A DNA stretch of 29,186 bases from contig JBDNDR010000001.1 of assembly GCA_046718995.1 (NCBI GenBank), positions 1 through 29,186 of the forward strand, written 5' to 3'. The stretch comes from Fimbriimonadales bacterium (GTDB lineage Bacteria; Armatimonadota; Fimbriimonadia; Fimbriimonadales; GBS-DC). Position 1 is the first letter of the stretch. Every line of letters begins with the position of its first letter. Positions 1 to 7,950 of this stretch are shown here, piece after piece. A program made the translations under genes and the position numbers. Under the pieces are notes generated by a model that was not told the DNA's origin, ran no database searches, and saw only the letters and a program-made list of their open reading frames with translations.

Positions 1-546
1 TGCTAATACAGGCACTCTAAGCGGCGTTTCGGCGGAGGGGTTTGCCAGCAAACTCAGTTCCTCAACCAGCGAATCTATAGTGCGCCCCTCAGTCTCCAGC
101 ACCCAGTCAGACTCTTGGTAGAGCGGCTCGCGGGTCTGGGTAATCTGCTGGAGGGCTTCATGGGGTGTGGGTGCATCGCTCAGTAGGGGGCGCGTGCTGG
201 GGTCTTGAATACGGCTGAGAAGCACCTCTGGACTAGCTTTGAGGTAGATGACCCACCCGTGTCGGCGCATCAATCGGCGGTGCTCGGGGTTCAGCACCAT
301 CCCCCCACCCGTCGCCACCACGCTGGGGACAGACTGCTGAGCTATCTCGCGGAGTGCCTCGGTCTCTGCTTGCCGAAAAACTGCTTCCCCGTGCTGAGCG
401 AAAATCTCGGCGATGGGCTTTCCGAACTGGCGCTCAATGTGGGCATCGGTGTCGTAGAACGGGCGGTTCAACCGCTGGGCAAGAACCTGACCCAGCGTGC
501 TCTTACCCGACGCCATATTCCCAACGAGAAAGAGATGTCGTGTCAT
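1..546 (-). CDS. aroK: Shikimate kinase, 3' end outside the window (possible AroK-AroB fusion)
   Basis: Hand translation from ATG at 546: MTRHLFLVGNMASGKSTLG (Walker A), FYDTD, GEAVFRQAE, VVATGGG, TRPLL, REPLY. No stop before base 1, so the ORF track missed it. Confidence 0.92.
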   Translation of the reverse strand, partial: MTRHLFLVGNMASGKSTLGQVLAQRLNRPFYDTDAHIERQFGKPIAEIFAQHGEAVFRQAETEALREIAQQSVPSVVATGGGMVLNPEHRRLMRRHGWVIYLKASPEVLLSRIQDPSTRPLLSDAPTPHEALQQITQTREPLYQESDWVLETEGRTIDSLVEELSLLANPSAETPLRVPVLA

Positions 547-554
547 AGTCAAAA

Positions 555-583
555 CCTGCAGGGGCAAATGTTGCCCCTGCAGG
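555..583 (-). terminator. Perfect 13-bp stem hairpin followed by TTTT on the minus strand, between the secretin gene and aroK
   Basis: CCTGCAGGGGCAA-atg-TTGCCCCTGCAGG; AAAA at 551-554. Confidence 0.7.
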
Positions 584-608
584 AAAGGTATCACGGAGCG
601 CCTCAGCC

Positions 609-2252
609 TTAGGGAGCCGTGCCCGTGCCTAAGCCCTCATCCTCGTCCAATACAGTCGCCGTGACGAAGATGAGCAGTTCGTTCTCCACAACCGAGCGGT
701 CCTTGGTGCGGAAGAACTGACCAATCACAGGCAGGTCACCCAACAGGGGCACCTTCGAGACAAGGTTATTATCGCTGCGCGTGACCAAGCCACCGATGAC
801 GATGGTCTCACCGTTCTTAATGCGTCGCACAGTGAAGACGAACTGGGTGTCAAATCGGGGTAGGTCTCGGGTACCCACACGCACGCGCCCAACCGTAGAG
901 ACCTGCGGGAAGAGCGAGAGTGTGATGGTGCCGTCGGCGTTGATACGCGGTGTGACGGTCAACTGGGTCGGCACAGGAATCGGAACAGGCTGGGTGAAGG
1001 TCGTGGGCTGACCGTTCGCGTTGAACACGACAAACTGCTGCTCGATATAGTCGGTCGTAGAGAACACGACGGTCGCCGGGCTGTTGTTCTGGGTGGTGAC
1101 AATCGGAGCGTTCACCACGCGCCCACGCCCTTGGCTCAAGAGCGTGCGCAGGTTCGCCACAAGGTTGCCCGTCGCATAGTTGACGAACACCGGCGCCGTG
1201 TTGTCAGCGAACCCAGAAGCACCCGTCTGTAGATTCACACGCGCCAGGTTCCAGTCAATACCGAACTTCTCGGCATCGTTTCGGCTCACCGTAACGAACT
1301 CAGCGCGAATGAGCACCTGCTTCGGAGCGACATCCAGGAAGCGCAGGATTCGGCGAATGTACTCAATCGCTTCGGGCGTGCCGCGCACAATCAGCGAGTT
1401 GTCAATATCGTTGGCTACAATCCCATCCAACCCATCGGGCTGGAAGATACCAACCGCTTGACCACCTTGACCAAGTCCGCCCCCGATGCCTCCACCAGGC
1501 TGACCACCACCGAAACCACCGCCGGGCTGACCACCACCGAAACCACCGCCGGGCTGACCGAAGCCACCGAGTCCGCCGCCCCCGCGTCCAGCGCGACCTC
1601 CAATCTGACCTTCACTACCATCTTGTGGAGCGGTATAGGGCGTCATATCGGGTGCAGGCGAGGGTGCGCTGTTGAAGGGCACATTACTCCCCGAACCAAG
1701 ATTGTACGGCACGCTCGGGGGCACGGGCACCTGCATACCGGGTGCGCTTTGATAGAGAGTGCGGTTCAGAAAGTCGCGCATCTCCGCGAACGGGTCATCC
1801 GACATCATCTCCGTCTTGATAATCCGCACGATGTCGGAGGGACGACTGTAGCGCAGAGGGATTCGCTCAGTGACCACCACAGGCTTCACCGGTTCGGGTG
1901 CAGGAGTCACCTGAGGCGCAGGGGCGGGTTCAGGCGTTGAGCGCGCTGGACCGATGACATAAACCCCGTTCGCTTCCTTTCGGAAAGTTGCCCCTGCCGA
2001 TTGACAGATGTAGCGAAGCACCTGCTCAAACGGTTTTTGCTCTACCTTGATAAAACTGATGCGCGCATAAGGCTGGTCAGTAGGCTCAAACACAACCTCG
2101 GCTTTGACCTGCTGAGCGATGGCTTTGACCGCCGTAACGAGGTCTGCATCCATCAGATAGATGGAAACAAGATAGTCGTCCGCATAAGCCGTGAGCGCTA
2201 CTACCAGGGTCGCCAAAGTGAGACCGAGTTTTCGTATCATTCCTTTTCTCAT
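609..2252 (-). CDS. pilQ: Outer-membrane secretin (PilQ/GspD family) with a Pro/Gly-rich insert in the N3 domain
   Basis: Signal peptide; N0/STN-like domain; split N3 (ERIPLRYSRPSDI...DNSLIVRGTPEAI); secretin C-domain (PKQVLIRAEFV, LTVTPRIN, GETIVIGGL, KVPLLGDLPVIGQFFR, ELLIFVT); RBS GGAGGAGG. Confidence 0.93.
   Translation of the reverse strand: MRKGMIRKLGLTLATLVVALTAYADDYLVSIYLMDADLVTAVKAIAQQVKAEVVFEPTDQPYARISFIKVEQKPFEQVLRYICQSAGATFRKEANGVYVIGPARSTPEPAPAPQVTPAPEPVKPVVVTERIPLRYSRPSDIVRIIKTEMMSDDPFAEMRDFLNRTLYQSAPGMQVPVPPSVPYNLGSGSNVPFNSAPSPAPDMTPYTAPQDGSEGQIGGRAGRGGGGLGGFGQPGGGFGGGQPGGGFGGGQPGGGIGGGLGQGGQAVGIFQPDGLDGIVANDIDNSLIVRGTPEAIEYIRRILRFLDVAPKQVLIRAEFVTVSRNDAEKFGIDWNLARVNLQTGASGFADNTAPVFVNYATGNLVANLRTLLSQGRGRVVNAPIVTTQNNSPATVVFSTTDYIEQQFVVFNANGQPTTFTQPVPIPVPTQLTVTPRINADGTITLSLFPQVSTVGRVRVGTRDLPRFDTQFVFTVRRIKNGETIVIGGLVTRSDNNLVSKVPLLGDLPVIGQFFRTKDRSVVENELLIFVTATVLDEDEGLGTGTAP
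1498..1559. repeat. Exact 27-bp tandem repeat (about 2.3 copies) encoding GQPGGGFGG in the secretin loop
   Basis: ggctgaccaccaccgaaaccaccgccg at 1498-1524 and 1525-1551, partial third copy from 1552. Confidence 0.9.
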
Positions 2253-2287
2253 TAGACGAGTTCCTCCTCCGTGATACCTGGATATGA

Positions 2288-2309
2288 GGGGCGGTTAGGT
2301 GACCGCCCC
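2288..2309. other. Intergenic 8-bp GC hairpin between the two secretin-family genes (possible mRNA stabiliser or partial terminator)
   Basis: GGGGCGGT-taggtg-ACCGCCCC, no clear U-tract. Confidence 0.45.
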
Positions 2310-2337
2310 GAATTGACAGGTGGTCGTGGAGCGTGGG

Positions 2338-3108
2338 TCAGCGTCCGAAGCCTCCACCGAAGCCGCCTCCGCCAAAACCGCCGCCACCGAAGCCGCCTCC
2401 GCCGAAGCCACCACCGCCTCGGAAGCCACCGCCACCGAAGCCGCCGAAGCCACCACCGCCGAGACCGCCGCCGCCAAAACCGCCGAAACCGCCAAAGCCA
2501 CCGCCGAGACCGCCGCCAAAGCCACCGAAACCACCGCCGAGACCACCAAAGCCACCGCCGAGACCGCCAAAGCCACCGAAGCCACCACCAAGACCGCCAA
2601 AGCCACCGAAGCCACCGCCACCACCGGAACTCAGTTCATACTGAGAGTAGCCCACGATGGAGGCACCCAGCAGATTGGCTATCAGATAGGGGTTCGCATA
2701 GCTGAGCTGGATTTTCTCAGGCAGATTGAGGCGAGGACCCTCCTCCTCAGGAGCGGTCGGTGTCGTGGTCTGCGGAATCTCCTCTGGACGACGGATTGTC
2801 ACATAGTAGACCCCGCTCTCGATGCGATAGGTCAAGTCCAGCTGGCGCAGGATGGCATCCAGCGCAACGGTAAACGGTACATCGGTCAGGGAGACCGTGA
2901 CATTCCCCTGCACATTGGGGTCAAGCGAGTAGTTTGCACCGACGCTGTCAAACAGTTGCTTCAACACAAAGCGAATATCCGCTTGGTCGTACTTGACCGT
3001 GACGCGTCGCTGGGACAAGTCCTGTCCCCCGCCCTGTGCGCTGGCGAGTGCGAGTGTTCCGCACATCAGCACTCCAGCAATCAACAGCCCTACCATTTTC
3101 TTCAACAT
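2338..3108 (-). CDS. Stand-alone secretin N-terminal (STN/N0) protein with a ~95-aa GGFG/GGLG tail and no secretin C-domain
   Basis: Likely ATG at 3108 with RBS GAGGA; signal peptide; VTVKYDQADIRFVLKQL...NVTVSLTDVPFTVALDAIL; EKIQLSYANP parallels the secretin's ERIPLRYSRP; ends in Gly/Phe repeats and TGA. Confidence 0.85.
   Translation of the reverse strand: MLKKMVGLLIAGVLMCGTLALASAQGGGQDLSQRRVTVKYDQADIRFVLKQLFDSVGANYSLDPNVQGNVTVSLTDVPFTVALDAILRQLDLTYRIESGVYYVTIRRPEEIPQTTTPTAPEEEGPRLNLPEKIQLSYANPYLIANLLGASIVGYSQYELSSGGGGGFGGFGGLGGGFGGFGGLGGGFGGLGGGFGGFGGGLGGGFGGFGGFGGGGLGGGGFGGFGGGGFRGGGGFGGGGFGGGGFGGGGFGGGFGR
2341..2627. repeat. Degenerate 9-12-bp tandem repeats (ccgaagccgcc-like) encoding GGF/GGGF/GGL
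   Basis: Visible periodic ccg/cca-aag/aaa-ccg units across about 290 bp. Confidence 0.9.
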
Positions 3109-3155
3109 AGTTGTTTCCTCCACACTGATTGACGATGCAACGCTTGAGGGGTTTC

Positions 3156-3929
3156 CTACAAGCCGGGCGCGGCACCTCTGCCACCGCGTCCACCACCAAC
3201 GCCTCCTGCTCCCGCCGCACCGGGCGCGCTCGGTGCGCCACCGGGGGCACCGGGAGCAAATCCACCAGCCCGTCCACCACCGCCTACCCCACCGGCACTG
3301 GGCGGCTCATAGCGCACGAAGACCTCGCGAGGGTTCCCACGACTGCGTCTCAGAATAGCCCCTTCAGGTGTAATCGCCGCCACACGGAACTCTCCAACGG
3401 TGTCGCCCGGTTGGATTATCTGGGGAATTTCGCCCTCCTGCTCCAGAATGGCTGACACGGTCGTCCCAATCACAATACCCGAGATGCGTCGCCGCGGTTG
3501 AGGTTCAAAAGGCTCTGGGAGCTCCACACGCGGGGGTCTCGGCGGGCTTGCTAACACGAAATAGCGGTTAGGATCGAACGCATCAGCCTGGAGCGCTTCG
3601 TTCTCCTCCGGCAGATAAGCAAACGGGTCTCTGCGCGGTTTGAATGGAACCTGTGCCGTTTGCTGTTGCGCAGGCGGGGGGGTTGCCGAGGACGGCTGTC
3701 CCATCATCGCCGGACCACCCATGGGGCTGGGACCGCCCATCGGAGGTCCACCCATCGGCGCAGGCGGCATACCTCCATCCCGATCCATATCCACATTAGA
3801 CATCGGGGGCGATGTCGTTGCCGTGTCCTGACCACCGCCTCCTCCCATAAACAGGAAGAAGACCGCCAGCACGACTATCACCAGCACAACGACTGCTACA
3901 GCGAGTATCGTCTGCTTCTGTTTATCCAT
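3156..3929 (-). CDS. pilP: PilP/GspC-like inner-membrane accessory protein
   Basis: N-terminal TM; Met/Pro/Gly linker; RISGIVIGTTVSAILE...IIQPGDTVGEFRVAAITPEGAIL resembles the PilP/GspC-HR beta domain; lies between pilO and the secretins. Confidence 0.65.
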   Translation of the reverse strand: MDKQKQTILAVAVVVLVIVVLAVFFLFMGGGGGQDTATTSPPMSNVDMDRDGGMPPAPMGGPPMGGPSPMGGPAMMGQPSSATPPPAQQQTAQVPFKPRRDPFAYLPEENEALQADAFDPNRYFVLASPPRPPRVELPEPFEPQPRRRISGIVIGTTVSAILEQEGEIPQIIQPGDTVGEFRVAAITPEGAILRRSRGNPREVFVRYEPPSAGGVGGGGRAGGFAPGAPGGAPSAPGAAGAGGVGGGRGGRGAAPGL

Positions 3930-3975
3930 CGTTGTTCACTTCCCTTATTCTCGGCACAGGCAGTGATTCCTGCAA

Positions 3976-4719
3976 TTAAATCCCCGGTCCGCCTCTGGGT
4001 GCGCCACCAAATCCCATCGGCGCAGCGGGCATCGGTCCGCCGCCGAACCCACCAGGCGCTCCACCCGCTGCCTGGGGCGAAGAGGGCACTCGTGGGCCGG
4101 GCTGACCACCCGTAATGCGCGGGTAGACAAACACGACCATAGAATAGCTCCCAATCAGGTTCGGACTGGTTCCTTGAATCGATAGCCCATCCACCAACAC
4201 GACCAGATTGGGTATCTCGTTCCACCGACGCACATGGTTCAGCAAGCCTTCAAACGAGGAGGCGCGCACCTGCACCGTGCCTATCGGATAGACCAGCACG
4301 AGCTCAGGAATGGCGTTCGGGTCGCTCGGCGGTCCGGGTAGCGCCACGCTGTAGAGGCGCTCTACCCCTGTCTTGATGGGCCAAGCCTCCAACTTCTTAC
4401 CAATCTCGCGTACCATATCGGGGTACTGCATCCACGCCTTGAGCCGGTCGCTGAGGTCAATCGTGTTCACGGGCATCTTGGTGCGGTCGATCTGCGCCAG
4501 CGCCAGCTCCGCCTCTGCGACCTTCTGCTGTGCCATCTGCACCAGTTGGCGCGCTCGGGGAATGAGTGCCACCTTATTCTCCAGTTGGCTCACATTCTCC
4601 TCGTGATACGCGATGTTCTGGAGGGTGGGGCGAATACCCAGTAGGAAGATCGCCGCCGCAACGACAATCGTCGCCACTAATCCGATAGAGACCTTTGCAA
4701 ACATTGACAAGCTTTTCAT
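3976..4719 (-). CDS. pilO: PilO-like type IV pilus alignment protein
   Basis: N-terminal TM, coiled coil, ferredoxin-like C-domain, operon position. Confidence 0.7.
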   Translation of the reverse strand: MKSLSMFAKVSIGLVATIVVAAAIFLLGIRPTLQNIAYHEENVSQLENKVALIPRARQLVQMAQQKVAEAELALAQIDRTKMPVNTIDLSDRLKAWMQYPDMVREIGKKLEAWPIKTGVERLYSVALPGPPSDPNAIPELVLVYPIGTVQVRASSFEGLLNHVRRWNEIPNLVVLVDGLSIQGTSPNLIGSYSMVVFVYPRITGGQPGPRVPSSPQAAGGAPGGFGGGPMPAAPMGFGGAPRGGPGI

Positions 4720-4731
4720 CGCGCTCCTCCG

Positions 4732-5586
4732 TTAGATGCCCATACCACGACCGCCCATCACGGGTCCGCCACCGCCGCCACCAAAACCACCCAACGACGG
4801 CGCACCGAATCCACCCGCTCCAGCACCGCCCAAGTTCAGCCCAGGAATCGATGCGGGCGGGGATGGCGGACTCACTGGCTCACGCAAGGTGGCAACGACT
4901 TGGAACTGCATCAGCCCTGCAGGCGAACCTTGCGACTGACCCGAACCCCCTCCGGCAAACCCACCCAAACCGGGTGCCGCAGAGGCACCGCCGAAAGAAG
5001 ATAATCCTGCTGCGCTGGGTCCCGAAAGCGCTGCAGGAGGACCACCTCCGAAACCACCTAATCCCGGCAGACCAGCCATTTGGGCGCTACCGCCTCCCGT
5101 CGCATAGCCGGGCATCTGGGTGGTCAGGCTCACCGAACTGAAAAGTGGGCACTGGTACATCGTCTGCAGGTACAACCCAATCTCACGGATGCCTTTCGTA
5201 TAGCCCGAAATCTGCATCTGGTTGCCCTGAGCAATCTGAAGCTGCTCATAGCGCACGCGGGGCGAAGTGTATCGGCTCAGCTGACTGTAGATTTCGGGAT
5301 AACGCAGGTTGTGCTTTTGAACCATCTTTACCCATTCGGTCTTCGCCAAAGTGATTGCCGCAGACTGGATGAGACTGTTGGCTTGGTTGACCAAGCTATC
5401 CACCTGCTGGGCTTGAGCCTCCAACTCGCTCTTGCGTGCCTGGAGTTCACCCAGCCGGCTCTGGGCACTAATCATCCAAAACACCATTCCTGCGTTCACT
5501 ACCAGAAACAGCACCACCAGCAGAGCCAGAATCTGCTTGTTAACCTTACGCTGGCGTACATAATCGGGAACCAGATTCAGTTTCAT
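4732..5586 (-). CDS. pilN: PilN type IV pilus alignment protein
   Basis: N-terminal MKLNLVP matches the INLLP-type PilM-binding motif; TM; coiled coil; ISGY...IGLYLQTM PilN-like core. Confidence 0.82.
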   Translation of the reverse strand: MKLNLVPDYVRQRKVNKQILALLVVLFLVVNAGMVFWMISAQSRLGELQARKSELEAQAQQVDSLVNQANSLIQSAAITLAKTEWVKMVQKHNLRYPEIYSQLSRYTSPRVRYEQLQIAQGNQMQISGYTKGIREIGLYLQTMYQCPLFSSVSLTTQMPGYATGGGSAQMAGLPGLGGFGGGPPAALSGPSAAGLSSFGGASAAPGLGGFAGGGSGQSQGSPAGLMQFQVVATLREPVSPPSPPASIPGLNLGGAGAGGFGAPSLGGFGGGGGGPVMGGRGMGI

Positions 5587-5601
5587 CGCTCAATATCTCC
5601 C

Positions 5602-6969
5602 TCAGAAGCTGGCATGCAAGCCCATCCCAATCGCTACAGGGAACAGGTGAACATTCGCCGCAACCCACTCTGGACCATGGCGTTTCACACTGACCTGAAG
5701 ACCCTTGACTGGGTTCGCCACCATCGCTGGAACACCCAGCGAGTTCGCCATAAACTGGTCTAAACTGGGAATAATCGCTCCGCCCCCTGTCAACAGGATG
5801 AGCGAGACATCCGCATCGGTGTTTCGGCTACGGAAGTACTCAATAGAGCGTCGCACCTCGGCAACCAACTCTTCCAGAATCGGGTAGATGGCTAAAAACA
5901 CCTCCACTTTGCGCGGGTCGCCCACAGGTTGCGTGGCAGGAACCGCAGGCTCCGTCGCAGGGGTTGGCTCTGGCTCGCCCGGCGTTGCGAATGGCGAGGG
6001 TGGAACTTCTTCTTCCTGCGCACCAAAGCTCGTCGGTTCGGCGCTTGGAGTATAAAACGGTGAAGGCTCCTCGCCGGGCACGGAGAAGGGCGAGGGTGCC
6101 CCCGGCATATAGGGCGTGCCCGGTGCCTGCGGAGGCTCTGGGGCTGCAAAGCCCGGCGTATAGAAACCGCCCGTGGGTGCCCCCGGCGTGCTGAACGGGC
6201 TGGGAGTTGCAGTAGGAATCTGGTCCATCAACACCTCAGCCAGCTGAACCTTGAGCTGTTCCGCCTCCGCCTCCGAAACCATCAAGCGCTCGGCAACCGC
6301 GCGCGTGAGCATATCGCCTCCAGTTGGCAAGATTCGCGGGAAGCTGAGAATGCCGTTGTTGTAGATATCAATAGAAGTCGCACTGGCACCCAGATTGATG
6401 ACCGCTACTGCCTTATTCTGCTGGTCGGGCTGAGTGAGCAGGAGGCTTCGCGCCAGCGCCAGCGGTTCCACATCAATCGCATAAGGCTCCAAACCCACCT
6501 TGTCGGCTATATCCACCAGTCCGTCTACAGCGTCTTGCTGAGCGACGGCTAAAATCACTTCCATATTGGGGTCGGTGGGACTGGTGCCGGGGCGATGAAT
6601 GACCTCATAGGCGGACTGAACCCGCGTATCGGCGAACGGGATATTGCGCTGGATTTCCCAATCCATGTGTTGGCGCAGTTCCACCGCGTTCATTCGGGGC
6701 ACTTCCAAAATGCGTACCACCACCGCGTTCTGCCCCGCGAGCGAGAACGCCGCCTGTTTGGTGCTAATCCCCGTTTCAGCGAGCAGTCGCTTAACGGCGG
6801 CAGAAACCGCCTGCTTATCAATAATCCCAGCCGAGTCGACCGCACCTTCTGGCGTCGGGGCGATGCCCAGATTCTGCAAGACGGGTGGGCGCCCCGATCG
6901 CACCTCCGCGACCTTAATGAACCGTGTCCCTATATCAATGCCGACAACTACACCAGGTTGCTTCGCCAT
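5602..6969 (-). CDS. pilM: PilM actin-like type IV pilus assembly protein with a ~100-aa Pro-rich insert
   Basis: VVGIDIGTRFIKVAE, VVVRILEVP, IDVEPLALAR, VINLGASATSI, LPTGGDMLT, ILLTGGGA, FPVAIGMGL. Confidence 0.93.
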   Translation of the reverse strand: MAKQPGVVVGIDIGTRFIKVAEVRSGRPPVLQNLGIAPTPEGAVDSAGIIDKQAVSAAVKRLLAETGISTKQAAFSLAGQNAVVVRILEVPRMNAVELRQHMDWEIQRNIPFADTRVQSAYEVIHRPGTSPTDPNMEVILAVAQQDAVDGLVDIADKVGLEPYAIDVEPLALARSLLLTQPDQQNKAVAVINLGASATSIDIYNNGILSFPRILPTGGDMLTRAVAERLMVSEAEAEQLKVQLAEVLMDQIPTATPSPFSTPGAPTGGFYTPGFAAPEPPQAPGTPYMPGAPSPFSVPGEEPSPFYTPSAEPTSFGAQEEEVPPSPFATPGEPEPTPATEPAVPATQPVGDPRKVEVFLAIYPILEELVAEVRRSIEYFRSRNTDADVSLILLTGGGAIIPSLDQFMANSLGVPAMVANPVKGLQVSVKRHGPEWVAANVHLFPVAIGMGLHASF

Positions 6970-7022
6970 TCTATTCTCCCATCAGGGCAGTTCGGCAGAA
7001 CCGAGCCAACTCCTGCCACTTG

Positions 7023-7032
7023 ATTCTACCCC
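7023..7032 (-). promoter_or_regulatory. Putative -10 element (GGGG-TAGAAT) of the pilM operon
   Basis: Reverse complement of ATTCTACCCC, about 54 nt upstream of the pilM ATG. Confidence 0.55.
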
Positions 7033-7040
7033 ATAGACAA

Positions 7041-7093
7041 TTCGGCGACGATTCCTCGTCTCCTGCAGGTTTCTGACGGGAATCGCCGCCGAA
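7041..7093. repeat. Long imperfect inverted repeat (about 19-20-bp arms) between the monooxygenase gene and the pilM promoter
   Basis: ttcggcgacgattcctcgtc ... gacgggaatcgccgccgaa. Confidence 0.75.
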
Positions 7094-7110
7094 TGTATCG
7101 GGAAGCGAAG

Positions 7111-7482
7111 CTAGCGCGTGATAATCTCGTAGGTACGGAAGTCGGAGGTCATCGGTGGCTCCTCACCGCGCGCCTTTGCCTCACGGACATCCTCAAACCC
7201 ACGCTTGTGCCCCTCTAAGAACTCCGGCGATTTGAGCCACGCTTGGAAGTCTGCCTCGCTATCCCAGTGGCTCACCACCAGATAAGCGTCGCCCTCGCGC
7301 TGGGGGCGCAACACATACATGCCCCGAAAGCCGGGCAAACGGTCAATCGCCCGCGCACGCGTGCGGAACAGATATTCAAACCGCTCACGGTATTCGGGCT
7401 TACAAGTGATATAATTGATAGCCACGAACCCCTCGCTCTCGGCGGGTTCCTCCGTTATGACTGCATGCTCCATATCCACCAT
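7111..7482 (-). CDS. ABM-family monooxygenase, IsdG/HmoA-like putative heme-degrading enzyme
   Basis: FVAINY...LPGFRGMYVLR...LVVSHWDSEADFQAWLKSPEFLEGH; Asn, Trp and His (Trp+10) match the IsdG catalytic triad spacing; likely ATG 7482 with GGAG RBS. Confidence 0.8.
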   Translation of the reverse strand: MVDMEHAVITEEPAESEGFVAINYITCKPEYRERFEYLFRTRARAIDRLPGFRGMYVLRPQREGDAYLVVSHWDSEADFQAWLKSPEFLEGHKRGFEDVREAKARGEEPPMTSDFRTYEIITR

Positions 7483-7887
7483 CGTTGTCTCCATTTCTCT
7501 ATAGAGAATACCCTTAACCACGCTAAGAAATCAAGGGGGCTGGCTCAGCAGAATAGACATGGACAGGGATCCTAAAGAAGGGAAATACTTCCACCCACCC
7601 ACGCCCACTCTCCGCAAACAGAAAGGGGAGTCCGCACTCGGTTTCCCCTGCCGTTTGGTTAGGAGCAGACCTTGTGTTGCCTACATCACGGTTCTTAGTG
7701 CTTTGCGCAACACTTTCCCTGTCGTTTGGATTTGTGGGTAAAAATTCAGTCCTAAGATAGTGCAGAGCAACGGAATACCCCCCGCTCCCTGCCCACGCAA
7801 GGTCGAGGTAAAAAGCTCAAGAAAGGAGACAGGTTCGGAAATCTGCCCGAATTTGGGGAATTTGCTCCGAATTTGCCTTGCCTTCCT

Positions 7888-7916
7888 TTGACAAATGGTG
7901 CGACTCGTGCTATAAT
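7888..7916 (+). promoter_or_regulatory. Perfect sigma70 consensus promoter TTGACA-N17-TATAAT
   Basis: TTGACA 7888-7893, TATAAT 7911-7916; RBS GGAGGG 7941-7946, ATG 7951. Confidence 0.9.
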
Positions 7917-7950
7917 AGACATATACTCTACAGCGAGATTGGAGGGAACG

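Noticed and set aside
205-612. 135-aa plus-strand ORF
   Set aside because: Antisense to the clear aroK frame.
2271-3132. Plus-strand ORFs with poly-Pro/Lys, Ala/Thr/Glu or Arg/His repeats (2271-2705, 2320-3132, 2333-2644)
   Set aside because: Antisense shadows of the GGFG-coding repeat; no RBS or promoter, and the minus-strand gene has a signal peptide and domain homology.
7600-7670. GCAAAC..GAAAGGGGAG hairpin resembling a c-di-GMP-I riboswitch start
   Set aside because: Lacks the paired P2 with GGGACGCAAAGC and the P3 receptor; only a generic stem is supportable.
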